A stretch of 64,000 nt of DNA from Octopus vulgaris (GCA_951406725.2 OX597815.1:205530001-205594000), one strand, 5' to 3'. Shown: positions 37,965-51,556, numbered from the stretch's first letter. Notes: generated by a model from the letters alone, not told the origin. A program made the numbers and translations.

Positions 37965-38170
37965 CAAATATAAAGTTAATCCAAACAAGAAAGCACAAAA
38001 AAACACAACTACGCGAGGACATGGAACAAATATAGTATTATTGGATGCTCAGGAAAGAAGGAGGGTTTAACGTTTCGAGCGGAGCTCTTCGTCGGAAACA
38101 TAGGAGAAGGAAAGATCCAGAGAAGGGAAGACAGAGGGAAAAAAATCGCCAACAGTACACACGCGGTCAC
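37965..38170 (-). mobile_element. Penelope-like terminal fragment with hammerhead-like motif (38065-38099)
   Basis: GUUU-CCGACGA-A-GAGC-UCC-GCUC-GAA-ACGU-U-AAAC, inserted in (TA)n. Confidence 0.65.
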
Positions 38171-38493
38171 ATATATATATACACAGAAGTGTCTCAGAGA
38201 GATGTAGTTTTCATAATGTTAGAAATTTAGTACATGGTAATTCAGTAATCATTTTATATCATGCTATTCTTAGCATTCTCAGAAATAAATACTATTTTTC
38301 AAAATTTATCACACACACACACAAAGTCACCATATATATTATTCTAACTATAAACCAATATTAATGAAAAAGTTAAAGTAACACAAAGTGCTGAAATGCA
38401 ATAAACATTATTTAAAAGTAATTATTTCCTAAGATATTAATTATTAACTACTGACAGAGATAGTGTTGTAAACTAATTGAAAACCATTCTTAC

Positions 38494-38688
38494 AAAGATT
38501 TGTGTCTGTTGCTGGCTCCTCGTCCAACTGCTGAAGAGCGACTATGTGAAGATCTGCTGGAACTTGAGCTGGAGGAACGAGAGGTGCTCACACTGCTGCT
38601 ACTACTGCTGCTGCTGCTGCCAGATGAACTCGATCCACTGGAAGATGATGATGAGCGTGACCTGCTACGAGATGAACTACTACTGCCA
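38494..38688 (-). CDS. RNPS1: RNPS1 exon 3 (serine-rich domain)
   Basis: tttcag|TGGCAGT...TCTTT|gtaaga. Poly-Ser, phase 2/2. Confidence 0.93.
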
Positions 38689-38769
38689 CTGAAAAAGATA
38701 CAAGCAAAGGTTGTTATTATTATTATTACCATTAAATCATTATTGTTGTTACTATTATCATTATTAAAA

Positions 38770-39502
38770 TGGCAAGCTGGCAGAATTGTTAGCACACCAG
38801 ACAAAATGCTTAGTGGTAGTTCTGAGTTCAAATGCTACCTGAGTTGACTTGCTTTTCATTTCAGGGTTGATAAAATAAGTCCTAATTGAACACCAGAGTT
38901 GATGTAATTGATGTATCTCAGCCCCCGAAATTGCTGGCCTTGTGTCAAAATTTGAAATCATTATTATTTGATTTCAAATGCAGCCAAGGTTAACTTTGCT
39001 TCTCGTCATTTCGGGGTCAATAACCTAAGTACCAGTTGACCACTGGGGTCAATATAATTAACTAGCCCCTGCTCTCCCAAAATTTCAGGCCTTGTGCCTA
39101 TAATAGAAAGGATTATTACTATTATTATTACACCCATAAATGCAAGGGTGGCTGTGTGGTAAGAAGTTTGCTTCCCAACTATATGGTTCTGGGTTCAGTC
39201 CCACTGCATGGCACCTGGAGCAAGTGTCTTCTACTATAGTCTAGGGCCAACCAAAGCCTTGTGAGTGGATTTGGTAGATGGAAACTGAGAGAAGCCCATC
39301 ATATATGTATATATGTGTGTCTTTGTGTGTGTGTTTGTTCCCCACCATTGCCTGACAACTGGTTTGTTTAGGCCCTCAACAAAAGAGACTGATAGAATAA
39401 GTACTAGGCTTTAAAAAAAAGTATTGGGGTTGATTCATTCAACTAAATTTCAAAGTGGTGTCACAGCATGGCCACAGTCTATTGACTGAAACAAATAAAA
39501 GA
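38770..39502 (+). mobile_element. Diverged SINE B-related fragments followed by a diverged SINE A copy (39143-39502)
   Basis: Recognisable but degenerate matches to both families. Confidence 0.7.
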
Positions 39503-40460
39503 TACTCTGTCTCTTGTATCTGAAAAGCTCACAACAAAAAAAGGCTCAATATGTTTTAAACCACTTAAAATGATTATGCTAAATGAAAGTTTCAAAACTT
39601 TTGTCAGGTATTGTCTAAGGCATTTCCTCCCCGCCCCAAAAAAAAGAGTATTGAAAAGCTATCAGTGTCTCCTCTAATTAGGGGAAACAATCAACAGCCC
39701 ATTTTTCTGTAGTCTACATCATTTTTACTGTAAATGCCACCTCATGTAAAAGCATATTTTATAAATATCAACACAGGTAAAACTCATGCTGAAAGAGGGA
39801 GGATTGGTAGGAAACAGTCAAAGCAGCCGTAAAGGCACAAGTGTTATGCAGGTCATCTGTTTAGAGAATGATTGTTTCAAGAGTGGAAACAATGCAGGTA
39901 CTGTCAGTAAGATTTCCTACCAGTGCAACCAACGACACCTTCACTGGCATGATCTAGAAATAAAGGTGCTTTTGTAGCAATAAAGACAACACCAAAAGCA
40001 GTAACAATGGGGGGAGGACTCAAAACAGCATTTACCAACATGTCTAGCAAGTGATAATAGCAACAACATTATGACAAAATCTACAAACAGAAACAACATT
40101 GCCATTAGCACCACAGCCAGCGACTATTCCAATGGGGCTATAGAACAGTTTTTTTGCAGTTGCACCACAGCCAATAGAATATTCAAGAGTTATTAAGCGA
40201 AGCCAAGAAGCTGGAGATAATGAAGAATACTGATCAAAAGGTAAATGAATTTCCTCTGATGTCTACAAGCTTTCTTTAGAGCCAGTTGGTGACTAGAATA
40301 TCTTAAATGCACACTGGGATTGTGTGGGGTTAGCTGATAGAAGACAGCACAAAATCTGAGGAAACCTACTCAGACAGTTCCAACTAACGAGCACCAATAG
40401 AATTTCTCAAATTAACCAGTGTAGACAAGGAGTATCCGCACAAGGTCATTCAGATTATCC

Positions 40461-40702
40461 TCATCATCGTTTAACGTCCGTTTTCCATGCTAGCATGGGT
40501 TGGACGGTTCGACCGGGGTCAGGCCCAGTCTGATCTGGCAGTGTTTCTACAGCTGGATGCCCTTCCTAACGCCAACCACTCCGAGAGTGTAGTGGGTGCT
40601 TTTTATGTGCCACCTGCACAGGTGCCAGACGAGGCTGGCAAACGGCCATGATCGGATGGTGCTTTTTACGTGCCACCGGCACGGGGGCCAGACGAGGCTG
40701 GC
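40461..40702 (-). mobile_element. RTE-LINE 3'-end fragment
   Basis: Reverse-complement family match. Confidence 0.82.
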
Positions 40703-41864
40703 AATGAAATATGAAGAGTGTCCACAATTTCAAACAATCTGTTATACTCACCACAGTTAATGGAAGCTGTGTCATTCACAGAGAATAAACTCTTCAGTGA
40801 TCAGATTAGTTAAGTGGAATGTGACAGGGGTGACCGTCAACAACAGGTGGTGGGGTACATTAAAGTAGGATGTGTAACATTCAATAGAGAAAAAGTTAAA
40901 TAGAGAGCAAGTGAGCAAATTAGAAAAGGGATTGTGACCAATGTACCACCTACAAAAATGATTTTCAGTGTTAAGCACAATTGTATGACTAGGGCAAAGC
41001 ATGCACACTAAAACACAAGAAACAAAAGCCTTTTGATGGGCCTGCAATGCAGCAGCTAAACCACAATTTGGTCTTTGACAGAGCAGAATAGGTGTGTACT
41101 GCTTGATTCTAAAACTATATGCAGCTTTTCAATGGCACTTAACTGTTCAAGACAAGCAGTAGATGTAAAGTATTGCAAAAAGCTGATAAGAGCAGTTGAG
41201 GCTTGAATGGTGCAGACAGTTGAGCAAGAACTGGTTTGGATGGCCTGCTCTACAAGTAACATCAAGGTAGAAGTCTATCTCATCTGGCAGTAGAATGGGA
41301 GCATTCATTTTAGACACAGGGGGTGGTAGTGCTGCTCAAGAAGGAAATGAATAAGGGGATGTTCCAGTTCGTAACCCTACTGAATGCAGGTTTTTAATAT
41401 TTTGGCCACTGGTTAGTAGCTATCGATACTCTTTCTCAGGCAGCTGGTTTGGGCACTTGGCAATTGGAAACATTACCAGGAGCTCACAGCCCTCTATATC
41501 AGCAATCTATAAGAGAACTAGTGATGGCAAAGAGCAATGGCATTCTCAAGTAAACTCTGGCTATCAACAAAAATGAACTTGCTGCTATGTTCAGAAAGAC
41601 TTTCAGCTTGGAGACTGATATCTTCAGAAATCCTTGACCTGGCAATAATACAATGGAATATTACCTGTTTGAGACAAAATCTGAATGCAGAGTGACAAAA
41701 CACACTTCGGTGTCAAAGTATTACTAATTCACAGAGTTTTCTTTAACAGCTGCTGTTGCAAGTACGGTAAGATCCAAGTATCAGCTAAAGCATTCAAGAA
41801 GATTGCAACACTATCACTTTTTGGTTGGGAAGGGCAGGCAGAGTTCTATCTTGTGGCTATAGAG

Positions 41865-42782
41865 CAGGGGTGGGGAAACCCCCGCCTGTGGATGCAATTG
41901 CACCCACAAACCCATTTTATTATACCCACAGGTTGATATACCCATATGTACAAAATATACTCTCTTTTACTCTTTTACTTGTTTCAGTCATTTGACTGCA
42001 GCCATGCTGGAGCACCGCCTTTAGTCGAGCAAATCGACCCCGGGACTTATTCTTTTGTAAGCCCAGTACTTATTCTATCGGTCTCTCTTTTGCCGAACCA
42101 CTAAGTGACGGGGACGTAAACAGACCAGCATCGGTTGTCAAGCAATGCTAGGGGGACAAACACAGACACACACACTTATATATATATACATATATCCGAC
42201 AGGCTTCTTTCAGTTTCCGTCTACCAAATCCACTCACAAGGCATTGGTCGGCCCGGGGCTATAGCAGAAGACACTTGCCCAAGATGCAACGCAGTGGGAC
42301 TGAACCCGGAACCATGTGGTTGGTTAGCAAGCTACTTACCACACAGCCACTCCTGCGCCTATATAGTAAACATTTCAATCATAAAATTTATACAATATTC
42401 GTATGGCTGTTTGTGACATAAGTCGCATTTCCACAATGACTTAAAATGGTCAAACTTGAACAGAAATCATCCGATAATTGCCATTTGAATGGAAATTTTG
42501 TTTTCCCTATGTAACACATATTGCTAGGTTTGTACCACCTTCTTGAGACCCAACTACACTCTAGCTGAAAAATATAGAATACCTCATAGGTAACATAAAC
42601 GTCCTAAATTCAGTGGCGGTGTTAATGAAGATGTTACGCATTAATTTAATGTGTTAAACTTATCTACATTAATGTGTATACAAGAGTTACACAGATATAA
42701 GAGTTAGAACTTGTGGTCTACCCACGGACCTTTTTCTTAGGAAATTTTTGCCCATTGCACTAAAAAGTTTCCCCCACCTCTG
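41865..42782. mobile_element. hAT non-autonomous element with nested SINE A (-; 41960-42359)
   Basis: CAGGGGTGGGGAAAC..GTTTCCCCCACCTCTG, 8-bp TSD CTATAGAG. Confidence 0.88.
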
Positions 42783-43460
42783 CTATAGAGTAATAAAACG
42801 TTGTGCCTCATCAACTTTTTTTGAATTCCACAAATAGTTTTATATATTTTCAAAAAATGTTATCAAAAGGAGAGAATATTGAGTATATATGTATCTCATT
42901 AATTGAGGATGACTCGGTGACATGTACCGTGGTTTTGCCAGCTGGTTTAGGTCTTTAGGTCATCACAAGCAGATATAGAAATCCTCTCAACCCTCCCATC
43001 TTTGATATGACAGCTGAAAGGAGAGCGAGTTACAACAGAACTGATTCAGTACATGTTTTATCTAAGCAGACAAGAGCAATGTCAAATGAAGTACTCACTA
43101 AAGGACACATGCTGCTCAATCCAGGAATCAAACGTAAGACCTAATGATCAGGTGTTCAAATAATAATATATTTATAAGCTAAAAGGACTTTTGAATTACA
43201 TACATATTGGAAAAGACACAAGTGAATTGAAGAATGATAAATATCAAGTGACCTAATAAATATTATCTGGAAAAATAAATATCTGTGAATTTAAATTAAA
43301 TAGAAGATATAAGATGTCAAATCAGAAGTGAATCAATACATACTGAAGTGACAAATTGACAACCCTGAAGTTAGGATAATGACTAAAAGGGATTAACTTT
43401 TAAACTCAAAATCCAACCCAGATTCTGAACAGAACAACCACAATGAAAATATATCTAAAA

Positions 43461-43851
43461 CTAGCAGTATTGCCCGGCGTTGCTCGGGTTTGTAAGGGAA
43501 ATAACTATATAAGCATTTTTAGAGATGTAAAGTATAATAGCCATCTCAATATGGCTAACCACAAAGGTGGGGGGTGTTACTGTAGCTTTTTACGTTCTGA
43601 GATTTAATAATAAATTTTTAGAGAGTTACTTCCCTTATATATGCCAAAAATGCATTAAAAAATGGGAAAAATTGATGGTAAATTTATTTTTAAATCGTAG
43701 ACTCATCGTAGACGCGCGCTAATACCCAGAAGGGCTCGATATGAATCACGACTATAAGTTTTGGTTAAACTGCACCGCAAAATGTGGGAGTAGTTAGGAA
43801 TCTAAATCGTAGGAGACAGACAGCACACAACCTCACTTTTATATATAAAGA
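43461..43851 (-). mobile_element. Non-autonomous Helitron
   Basis: On the - strand: A|TC...CTAG|T with subterminal hairpin CCCGAGCAACGCCGGG just before the 3' end, and no TSD. Confidence 0.85.
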
Positions 43852-44002
43852 TTATTGGAATTTTAAAAAAAATATATAAAACCTATACATGAAACAGTTA
43901 TTGAAAAAAAACTTCTTGGGTGAATGTCTATAATTTGGCAAAATAATGTTTCGGGGAATAATTTCACGAAAAAAAAAAAAAAAAAAATTGAAGATAACCT
44001 AC

Positions 44003-44218
44003 CTTGAACTTCCTGAGCTGCCACTACTACTCGTACTACTGGAAGAAACACTGCGTCTTTTTTTGTCCCGACCCCGCTCAGTCGTTGCAGCTGCTGTAGT
44101 ACTCCCAGATCCACCACCAGCTCCACCAGCACCGCTGCCGCCACCAGCACCGCCGCCTCCTCCACTAGCATTACCACTGCTTGTCTTTTTCTTTTCTCTA
44201 GTTAATGTACTTCTCGTC
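44003..44218 (-). CDS. RNPS1: RNPS1 exon 2
   Basis: tgcag|G ACG AGA...TCA AG|gtaggt. Encodes TRSTLTREKKK-(Gly-rich)-ERGRDKKRRSVSSSS. Confidence 0.9.
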
Positions 44219-44475
44219 CTGCAAGTTATTCAAAGAGGTAATTTAGACAACTAAACAAATTAAGGATGTAAAACAGTCTCCAACTTTAGCCAAAAGCTTT
44301 AATATCAATATGTAAACTTACCAATAAGTCATTAACCTATCTAATTAGAAAAACAATTTCTATCCTCTAAGTTTGAAGAGCCTTTTTATCAGAGTGGTGG
44401 CATGCATTTAAATTTAAACCAATATAGAGTTAATACTTATTTCAATTACTTCAGGTAAAACCAATTTTATTTATT

Positions 44476-45503
44476 ATGGTGGTGACCCCCTTCGGTCAGA
44501 CACTGACCATGGATTTGCACCTAGAGAGTTACCCTCTGAGGCACAAGTCTGGGCAAGGTTGTTTTATGGAAGACCAGCAGTCGCCCATGCATACCGGCCT
44601 CCCCTCTCCACGTCACCGATGTTGTCCAAGGGAAAGGCAAGAGCCGATACAGCTTGGCACCTGGGACATCGCAACTCATTTCTATTCTGTACGTGAGAAG
44701 ACCAGGCAGGACAAGTGAGCCCAGCCCACTTATGAATGCCTTCCTCCCTTGGACACAAAGACCGGTTGAGGCAAGCGAAGTCGATATAGAACCTCATCCG
44801 ACGACAGACACCCATGCCAACCCAGCCCCCCCATGCTTGCAAAGACATGTTGGGGCAAGCGAAATCGAAATCGAAACCGAATTGAACCAGCCAGGATCCC
44901 TGGTCTGGTGGTACGTAAAAAGCACTATCCGACTCGTGGCCGTGGCACGTAAAATACTCCAATGCGACCGTACGACAGGCACCCATGCCAACCCCCTTTG
45001 CTTGTGAAGACATGTTGGGGCAAGCGAAATCGAAATCGAATTGAACCAGCCAGGATCCCTGGTCTGGTGGTACGTAAAAAGCACTATCCGACTCGTGGCC
45101 GATGCCAGCACCGCCTCGACTGGCTTCCGTGCCGGTGGCACATAAAATACACCAATCTGACCGTGGCCGTTTCCAGCCTCGCCTGGCACCTGTGCAGGTG
45201 GCACGTAAAAAGCACCCACTACACTCACGGAGTGGTTGGCGTTAGGAAGGGAATCCAGCTGTAGAAACATTGCCAGATTAGACTGGAGCCTGGTGCAGCC
45301 TTCTGGCTTCCCAGAACCCCGGTCGAACCGTCCAACCCATGCTAGCATGGAGAACGGACGTTAAACGATGATGATGATGAGTGGACTGGAGCAACGTGAA
45401 ATAAAGTGTCTTGATCAAGAACACAACACGCAGCCCGGTCCGGGATTTGAGCTCACAACCTCACGATTGTAAGCTCGACGCTCTAACCACTGAGCCACGT
45501 GCC
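44476..45503 (-). mobile_element. tRNA-derived SINE family C interrupted by an RTE 3' fragment (+, ~44690-45379)
   Basis: The two outer parts match the intact copy at 59123-59470. Confidence 0.85.
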
Positions 45504-46677
45504 TTCACATTTATTATAGTTATGAGGTTAAGATGTTTGCTTTGCAGTCACAAGGTTCTGGGTTCAAAACCCAACAAACGACACACCAAAGCTTTAGGTT
45601 GACTAAATGTCATGTAAATAAAATTTTGCAGGCGCAATATGCAGTTGTGTATCAGATGACAAAGAACAATGACAAGTGGCAAAAATAAAAAAAAAGGCAG
45701 AGCTAGAACAAGGCTTGTCCAACCAATACCAGCTTAGAAATTGTTGAAAATCCTTTAGATTATGCCTGTTTGTATACCTTGTGGTTTTTACTTAAAGGGA
45801 TACAAACTCAATACAGTGAATCTAGCTATTCATTAAATATAAGTTGATAAAATAAGTACTAGGCTAAAATCACCCGAAAAAGTACCCCATTTTGCTGCAG
45901 TCTAATTAGTTAAACCAGTAAAAGTATTAGAAACCTAAAGTTTGAAAATATATGTAATTCCTGGTCCTATCAAATTTAATCAACCCAAATCTAGACCTGA
46001 TCACACGATGTCTCGAAATAAGTTATTGATCTTAAATAGTTTAAGATTCTTTTCTAAATCTCTTTTTCTTTACCATAATACTATCAATTTATAATAGTCA
46101 AACATGATAACTAATTCATTCTGCTGGTGGTAACATTAACCTTTTTGATACAAAACAACTTGAGACTGACTCTGGTTCTATGATAAAAGTCATCTAAATT
46201 AAAATCTCACAACAAAATTTCAAGTTAATTTATGTTCCAATCTTCAACTTAATAATAAAGTTATTTCACAAAATTCTGCATTAATGTCAAAATTATTTGA
46301 AACAAAGGCAATGTATTTTAATGAAAATATGGTAAGGAAAGGGTTCTTCAACTTGATAAAATTTTGAAACATGTTAGAACACTGCCAACTAAGATAACAC
46401 TTCATAACAATTGCCCTAAAAAACCGTTTTGGTACTTCAAGTTATGAAACTGGTTGGTACTCTACCAATTCTTCACTGACTACTTTTGACAGTAAATATG
46501 TTTCACCTCTGACTCGTCAGAGATAGCTAAGTGGATGACCAAATACCATTCCTGGAGGGTATGTTCCTCCACATCCTTCATAATACCCAGATGTACAAAT
46601 ACTATTTGTGATACCTTCCATAACACACAAGATATTATGACCCCTTGTCAAGAGCACTAGCAATTTTCCATTCTTTG

Positions 46678-46835
46678 TACTACACTCATGGAGTGGTTGG
46701 CGTTAGGAAGGGCATCCAGCCGTAGAAACATTGCCAGATCAAACTGAGCCTGGTGCAGCCTTCTGGCTTCCTGGACCGCAGTTGAACCGTCCAACCCATG
46801 CTAGCATTGGAAAGCGGACGCTAAACGATGATGAT
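46678..46835 (+). mobile_element. RTE-LINE 3'-end fragment
   Basis: Family match. Confidence 0.8.
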
Positions 46836-47217
46836 GTACTTGCCACACCTGAACCTAAATTAGTCTGTAATGAGAGCACTTAACAAACCTAATGAATTTA
46901 CAACTCACTCACACACAACAAAGCCCCTCAAATACACTCTCTCTCTCTGCCTTACCAATTTCATCACCTCATATGAATAGTTTGCATAACATGAAAACTT
47001 TTCTGATCCCTCCACCCTAACAAAGTGAGTGATCAAACTGTATGCTGCAGGGCTAGTTCCTATCCTCACTAAACTCTTCTTTGACCATTCCTCAAAAGAA
47101 TACCCAACGTTTCAAAGGTGAAAGAAACAACAATAAACAAGGATCTTTAACCCTTTGAGGTTCTCTTCTTCCATCTTTAATGACTATCAACAATATTTTA
47201 TAGAACTAGATTTAAAA

Positions 47218-47433
47218 CCCTTTCGTTACCAACCCGGCCAAAACCGACTCTGGCTCAGTTCAAATATCTTGTTTTCATAAGTTTTGAATTAAAATCTTCC
47301 ATCAAACCTTAGTCACAATTTATGTTCCTAACACTAGCTTAATGAAAACTAAGTTATTTTACTAAATTCTTTGTTATATTTAAAGTAATTGAAACAAACA
47401 CAAAGCATCTCAAAATACATAGTTACGAAAGGG
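47218..47433 (+). mobile_element. piggyBac-type MITE family 1
   Basis: CCCTTTCGTTAC...GTTACGAAAGGG. Confidence 0.87.
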
Positions 47434-47611
47434 TTACTCTTTTTACACAGGGAAATAATCATGCAATATAGCTTTACTACACATGATCAACTCACAGCTG
47501 TAGCTCTCAAAGTTACTCTAAATGCTATAGTTCTTGTTAAACAATTTCTAATGACCTCACAATATAACTGTTAAATATTTGTTTCAAACACTAGCCATCT
47601 TCTTCAAAGCC

Positions 47612-47644
<33 letters not shown>

Positions 47645-49810
47645 TATACACACCAATGGTGTGGCCTTATACATATAAGGCCACACCACTGGTTCACAGA
47701 CATTGTTTCTTCTCTACTATTTATATCAGTGCTACAATGACATCTGCTCCTTTGAATGAGTTACCTGCAAACCGTAGCTTCCGCTAGGGTTCACACGGTA
47801 CACTTCCTTTTTCTACCTTAGAGCTGCAAACGCTCAAGAATTTTCTCTCCCGTTTTCCCTAAAGAACTTCTTAGCTAAGCATTAATTTCATCGCTCTCTC
47901 ACGTCTAGGAGGCCTAGAAAAAAGATCAAAGGCGCTGCTCGACCTCTTCTAACCAATGAAACAAAAAACATCTGTTGTAAATAATCGCTTTACATTTGTC
48001 CTGTGTAATGCAACGAAATAGTTTAATATTCATTACACTGAAATATGAAATATCAAAGGGTTTCAAAACACAAGGTATTACATCCCTTTGTATGTGTCCC
48101 CTTTCTCTGAATGTTTTTGTTTAGTCCCAGATCAGACATTGCAGCGATGTCGGTCTCACCTCACCACCTGCCAGATCGCATTTCTCTTAACATAAGATAC
48201 GATTTAAGGAAAATTTGGCTGCTACTTCGCGCAGGTCGATAGATCACTACTCTATCTTAGTTAATATCAATTGTAAGAATATTTGAATCGACGAAGGAAA
48301 CTTCTACGCAGTTGCACAGCTTGCTAGAAATAGCAGCAAAATCTTCAAATTACAAACCGCCGTTTTAAGAGTAGGGACACACTGATAAAAAAGTCGTGGC
48401 TGGTACCTAGATCTTTTCGGTACTTGTCAAGTGTCGATCTTTTCGATAAGGGTTGACCAGGGGCTCAGTTACAACAATACACTGATTAGGTATAATTATA
48501 AAAGGTAAACATCAGGGTATATATTTTGAAATTTGGCAGAATTCGCTGATTGTGGGCCATAAAAAATACCGAGGACACAACGTAGGGGTAATACAAGAGA
48601 AACACAGGCATGAAAAACCACTCATACTTTAATCTTTACACTTAATAGAATAATAAATACTAACTCACAACCAAACGCTAAGGGCAGGACATATCCATAG
48701 AATATTTGGTTCAAATACTGATTAAACCACGTATACGCAGCTATAGCAACCGCTGACCCAAAGATTTCGACATAAAAACATAAAGAGTCAAACTGAATAA
48801 CAAAAAAGGTATCAAATAAAAAGGTCGATGGAGCTGTAATAGAAGTAACAGAAGTTGTAGGAAGTTTCCTGAGATGGACTGGCGTCTTCTCCAGGTGAGG
48901 GTTTATCATCATCATCATCTACCGCCTGCATATAACGCTGGGAAGCCAAGGATGGAACGGCGAACTCTCGTGATTCGTGAAAGAGTAATTTTACCAATAA
49001 TATTAGGGTTTATTAACAGTAGGGGAAGAAAAAAAATAATAACATTTCCTAATTAGTTTTCATCTGAATAAAGTGAAAACTGATTGCATCGTTGGAGGTT
49101 GGTAGGTAACAAATGTATATTTTAAATAAAAGCAGAGTGATTTCTTGATAAATAAAGATTGCAAATAGCATAAGGAGAAAGAAAATGAAATGTTTTGAGT
49201 CGATGGCCATTGTTAGTCCCTTTTTTTCTTGTTTCTTAACTTGTCTTAAAAACCCTGGTGAAATTAGCTACACGTACACAAACGTCCATTGTTCGTTAAT
49301 TAAACATGACCTGGACATGTCTGTGTTTCAGTATTGGAATGTTTAAGCGGTAAACGACAACATTTCGCAGGAATTATGGCTAAAAAAATAATAAATGGAA
49401 TATAATTATTTAGGAAGAAAAAGATACAATTCAAAATTCAAAATTAAAAATGTGTTTACGAAGATGTAATAAGAATCGAAATAAATAGAATCTAATGAAA
49501 TTTATTAGATCAATGATTGTTTCTCTCGTTTTTGTTTTTGGTTTCTTTATTGAGAAATTGCAAATAAAAGGAAATTCGGTGGCTGAGAGCTTTTTGCCGG
49601 TTTCACGTGTTTCTGTCCATTTTGTCGGGACTTTTTAGAGCAAAGCAGAAAAAGGATCAGCCAAAAGTCAAGAGATTTCACAAAATACACATTAAAGGAC
49701 ACCGAAATAAGACACTCGACTTGCGGAATGGTTTTAAAAGGTTTCGATTTTACGGTAAATAAAGGAATTATTAATAAAAAAAACAACAAAAAAGAGTCTC
49801 AGAAACTTAC

Positions 49811-49812
49811 AT
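49811..49812 (-). CDS. RNPS1: RNPS1 exon 1 coding part (AT of the split start codon)
   Basis: CCCTCAAAAT|gtaagt next to the promoter. AT plus the first G of exon 2 gives an in-frame ATG. Total CDS is 903 nt. Confidence 0.75.
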
Positions 49813-50001
49813 TTTGAGGGAAAATGTTAAAAAAGTCCAACGCTTGTTATAAATGGTCGTCGTAGAAGTGAAAGGGAAGGGGGAGGGTAAAGGAAAGGCG
49901 ATTTTTTTTGTATGGAGGGTTCTGATTGGATGAAAGGCAACGAGGTAACTCAACCGACCAATCGGATTGAACGAAGCATTAATCAAGATAAAAGATGGCG
50001 G
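49813..50001. promoter_or_regulatory. Bidirectional promoter RNPS1/EEF2KMT
   Basis: Divergent start codons ~180 bp apart. ATTGG at 49925, CCAAT at 49958, and YY1-like AAGATGGCGGC overlapping the EEF2KMT ATG. Confidence 0.8.
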
Positions 50002-50096
50002 CGTGTGTGAGTGGCAGTTCCTTGGAAGACAAACTTCTTTGGGAAACTGTGACTCAGTTCTTCGAAATGGTGCCTATAAGGAAAATGAAATGGGGT
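49995..50096 (+). CDS. EEF2KMT: Protein-lysine N-methyltransferase EEF2KMT (FAM86), exon 1
   Basis: MAACVSG..QFFEMVPIRKMKWG|gtaagt. Confidence 0.85.
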
Positions 50097-51415
50097 GTAA
50101 GTCACTTCTACATGCAATTCCATCTCTTATTTCTACTTCCTTCGCTGTTCGCAGCTAATAACCGCTCTCTTGTTTCTGCACAATACATTTATCCTCTTCC
50201 TTGGGATTAAAATGGTTTTTGTTTTCTTTCTTCCAACAGAATCTGTTTACTTGAAAAACCATCTCTGCTCACATAATTTCATCTCTTGTTTTGTTTTGGT
50301 GTATTTCATATGTAATTACTTGCAAAACACGATATATAATTAACTTTCATCTCTACAGATGCATTGTTTTTAATTTGTATTTCACACTTGCAATGAAAAG
50401 CTTAATTAATTATTGCACTTAAAATGTTTGTTTTTTTTAAAAAGTGCTTCATTAAAAAAAAATGAAATTATCAATTCGTTGATGTTTGATCTCAATGTTT
50501 AATTCTGTTTTTTTTATTTTTCTTCATTGCCTTTCAAATTAATATAACCATTTTCATGTGTACCGAAATTCATTACGATCAAATTATGTAAAAAAAAAAT
50601 TTGATTACAGAAATTATCTTTAAAACAAAAATAAAAATGACGCCGCAGTTCAAATTTATTTGTTAGCAGTCCATCTTATATATATACAACAAACCCTCAC
50701 CTGCCCGAATTACATAATTATATATATATATATATATATATATGCACATACACTAATACGGTGACCTTTTTGAGAAACCGTGATGAGGTGAAATAATTAC
50801 CGAGTACTAATTAGACAATTCTTTGAATAAAAGGAAATTTATGAATTTGTTGTTGAATTATGATTATTGCATCTACCTATCACAATCTTTAACAAAAATG
50901 CTGCATTTCCCACCTTGTCAATTCAATCTGAAATCGATTCTATCGATACGGAAATTAACATTGAATGAAAAAACAAAATATTTTCGCGATTATAATTTTT
51001 ACAGCTAGTATATTATCGGATTAGTTCCTTTACACGGGTTTCATAAAGCAAGTACCTCTAATGTAAGACTTAGGCCGTTAACGATTATATCTATCTGTTA
51101 TCTAAAAAAAAGAATTGTATTTGTTTGGTATCAAAGAAATACATACCAGTAATGTGTTGCGGTCAAACAATCTACTGCATCCTTTTAAAATCGGTTTTGT
51201 ATTTTGAAGACGTTGTTACTAAACTGATAAGATTGGTTCAGAAAAAAAAACAACCCCCAAAATACAAGACTGTTTTATTGTATCTTGTACATTGAATGAA
51301 CATTGAATGCTTGTGAGCATTTTAAATATATTATATGAGCTTATTTTATGAGACCAATTATTCCAAGTCAATTTCGCAAAACCCTACAAAAATGTTTATT
51401 TTTTTTCTTTTTCAG

Positions 51416-51556
51416 AATTATACTTTTGAAGGGTCAGAACTGGGACCAGAAGCTCAAAAGAAGGTCTTAAGTGCCACTATAACCAGTCCTCTTTGTGAAA
51501 AATATCCACCCTCTCTTACTTACCAACGTAATTTTGTGAAACATTTCCTTCATAAA
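51416..51556 (+). CDS. EEF2KMT: EEF2KMT exon 2
   Basis: ttcag|...|gtaagt. Encodes QKKVLSATITSPLCEKYPPSLTYQRNFVK (FAM86 domain). Confidence 0.9.

Noticed and set aside
39760-41860. Possible nested gene in RNPS1 intron 2
   Set aside because: Only short ORFs with no recognisable domain. It looks like very old decayed element sequence that I cannot classify.
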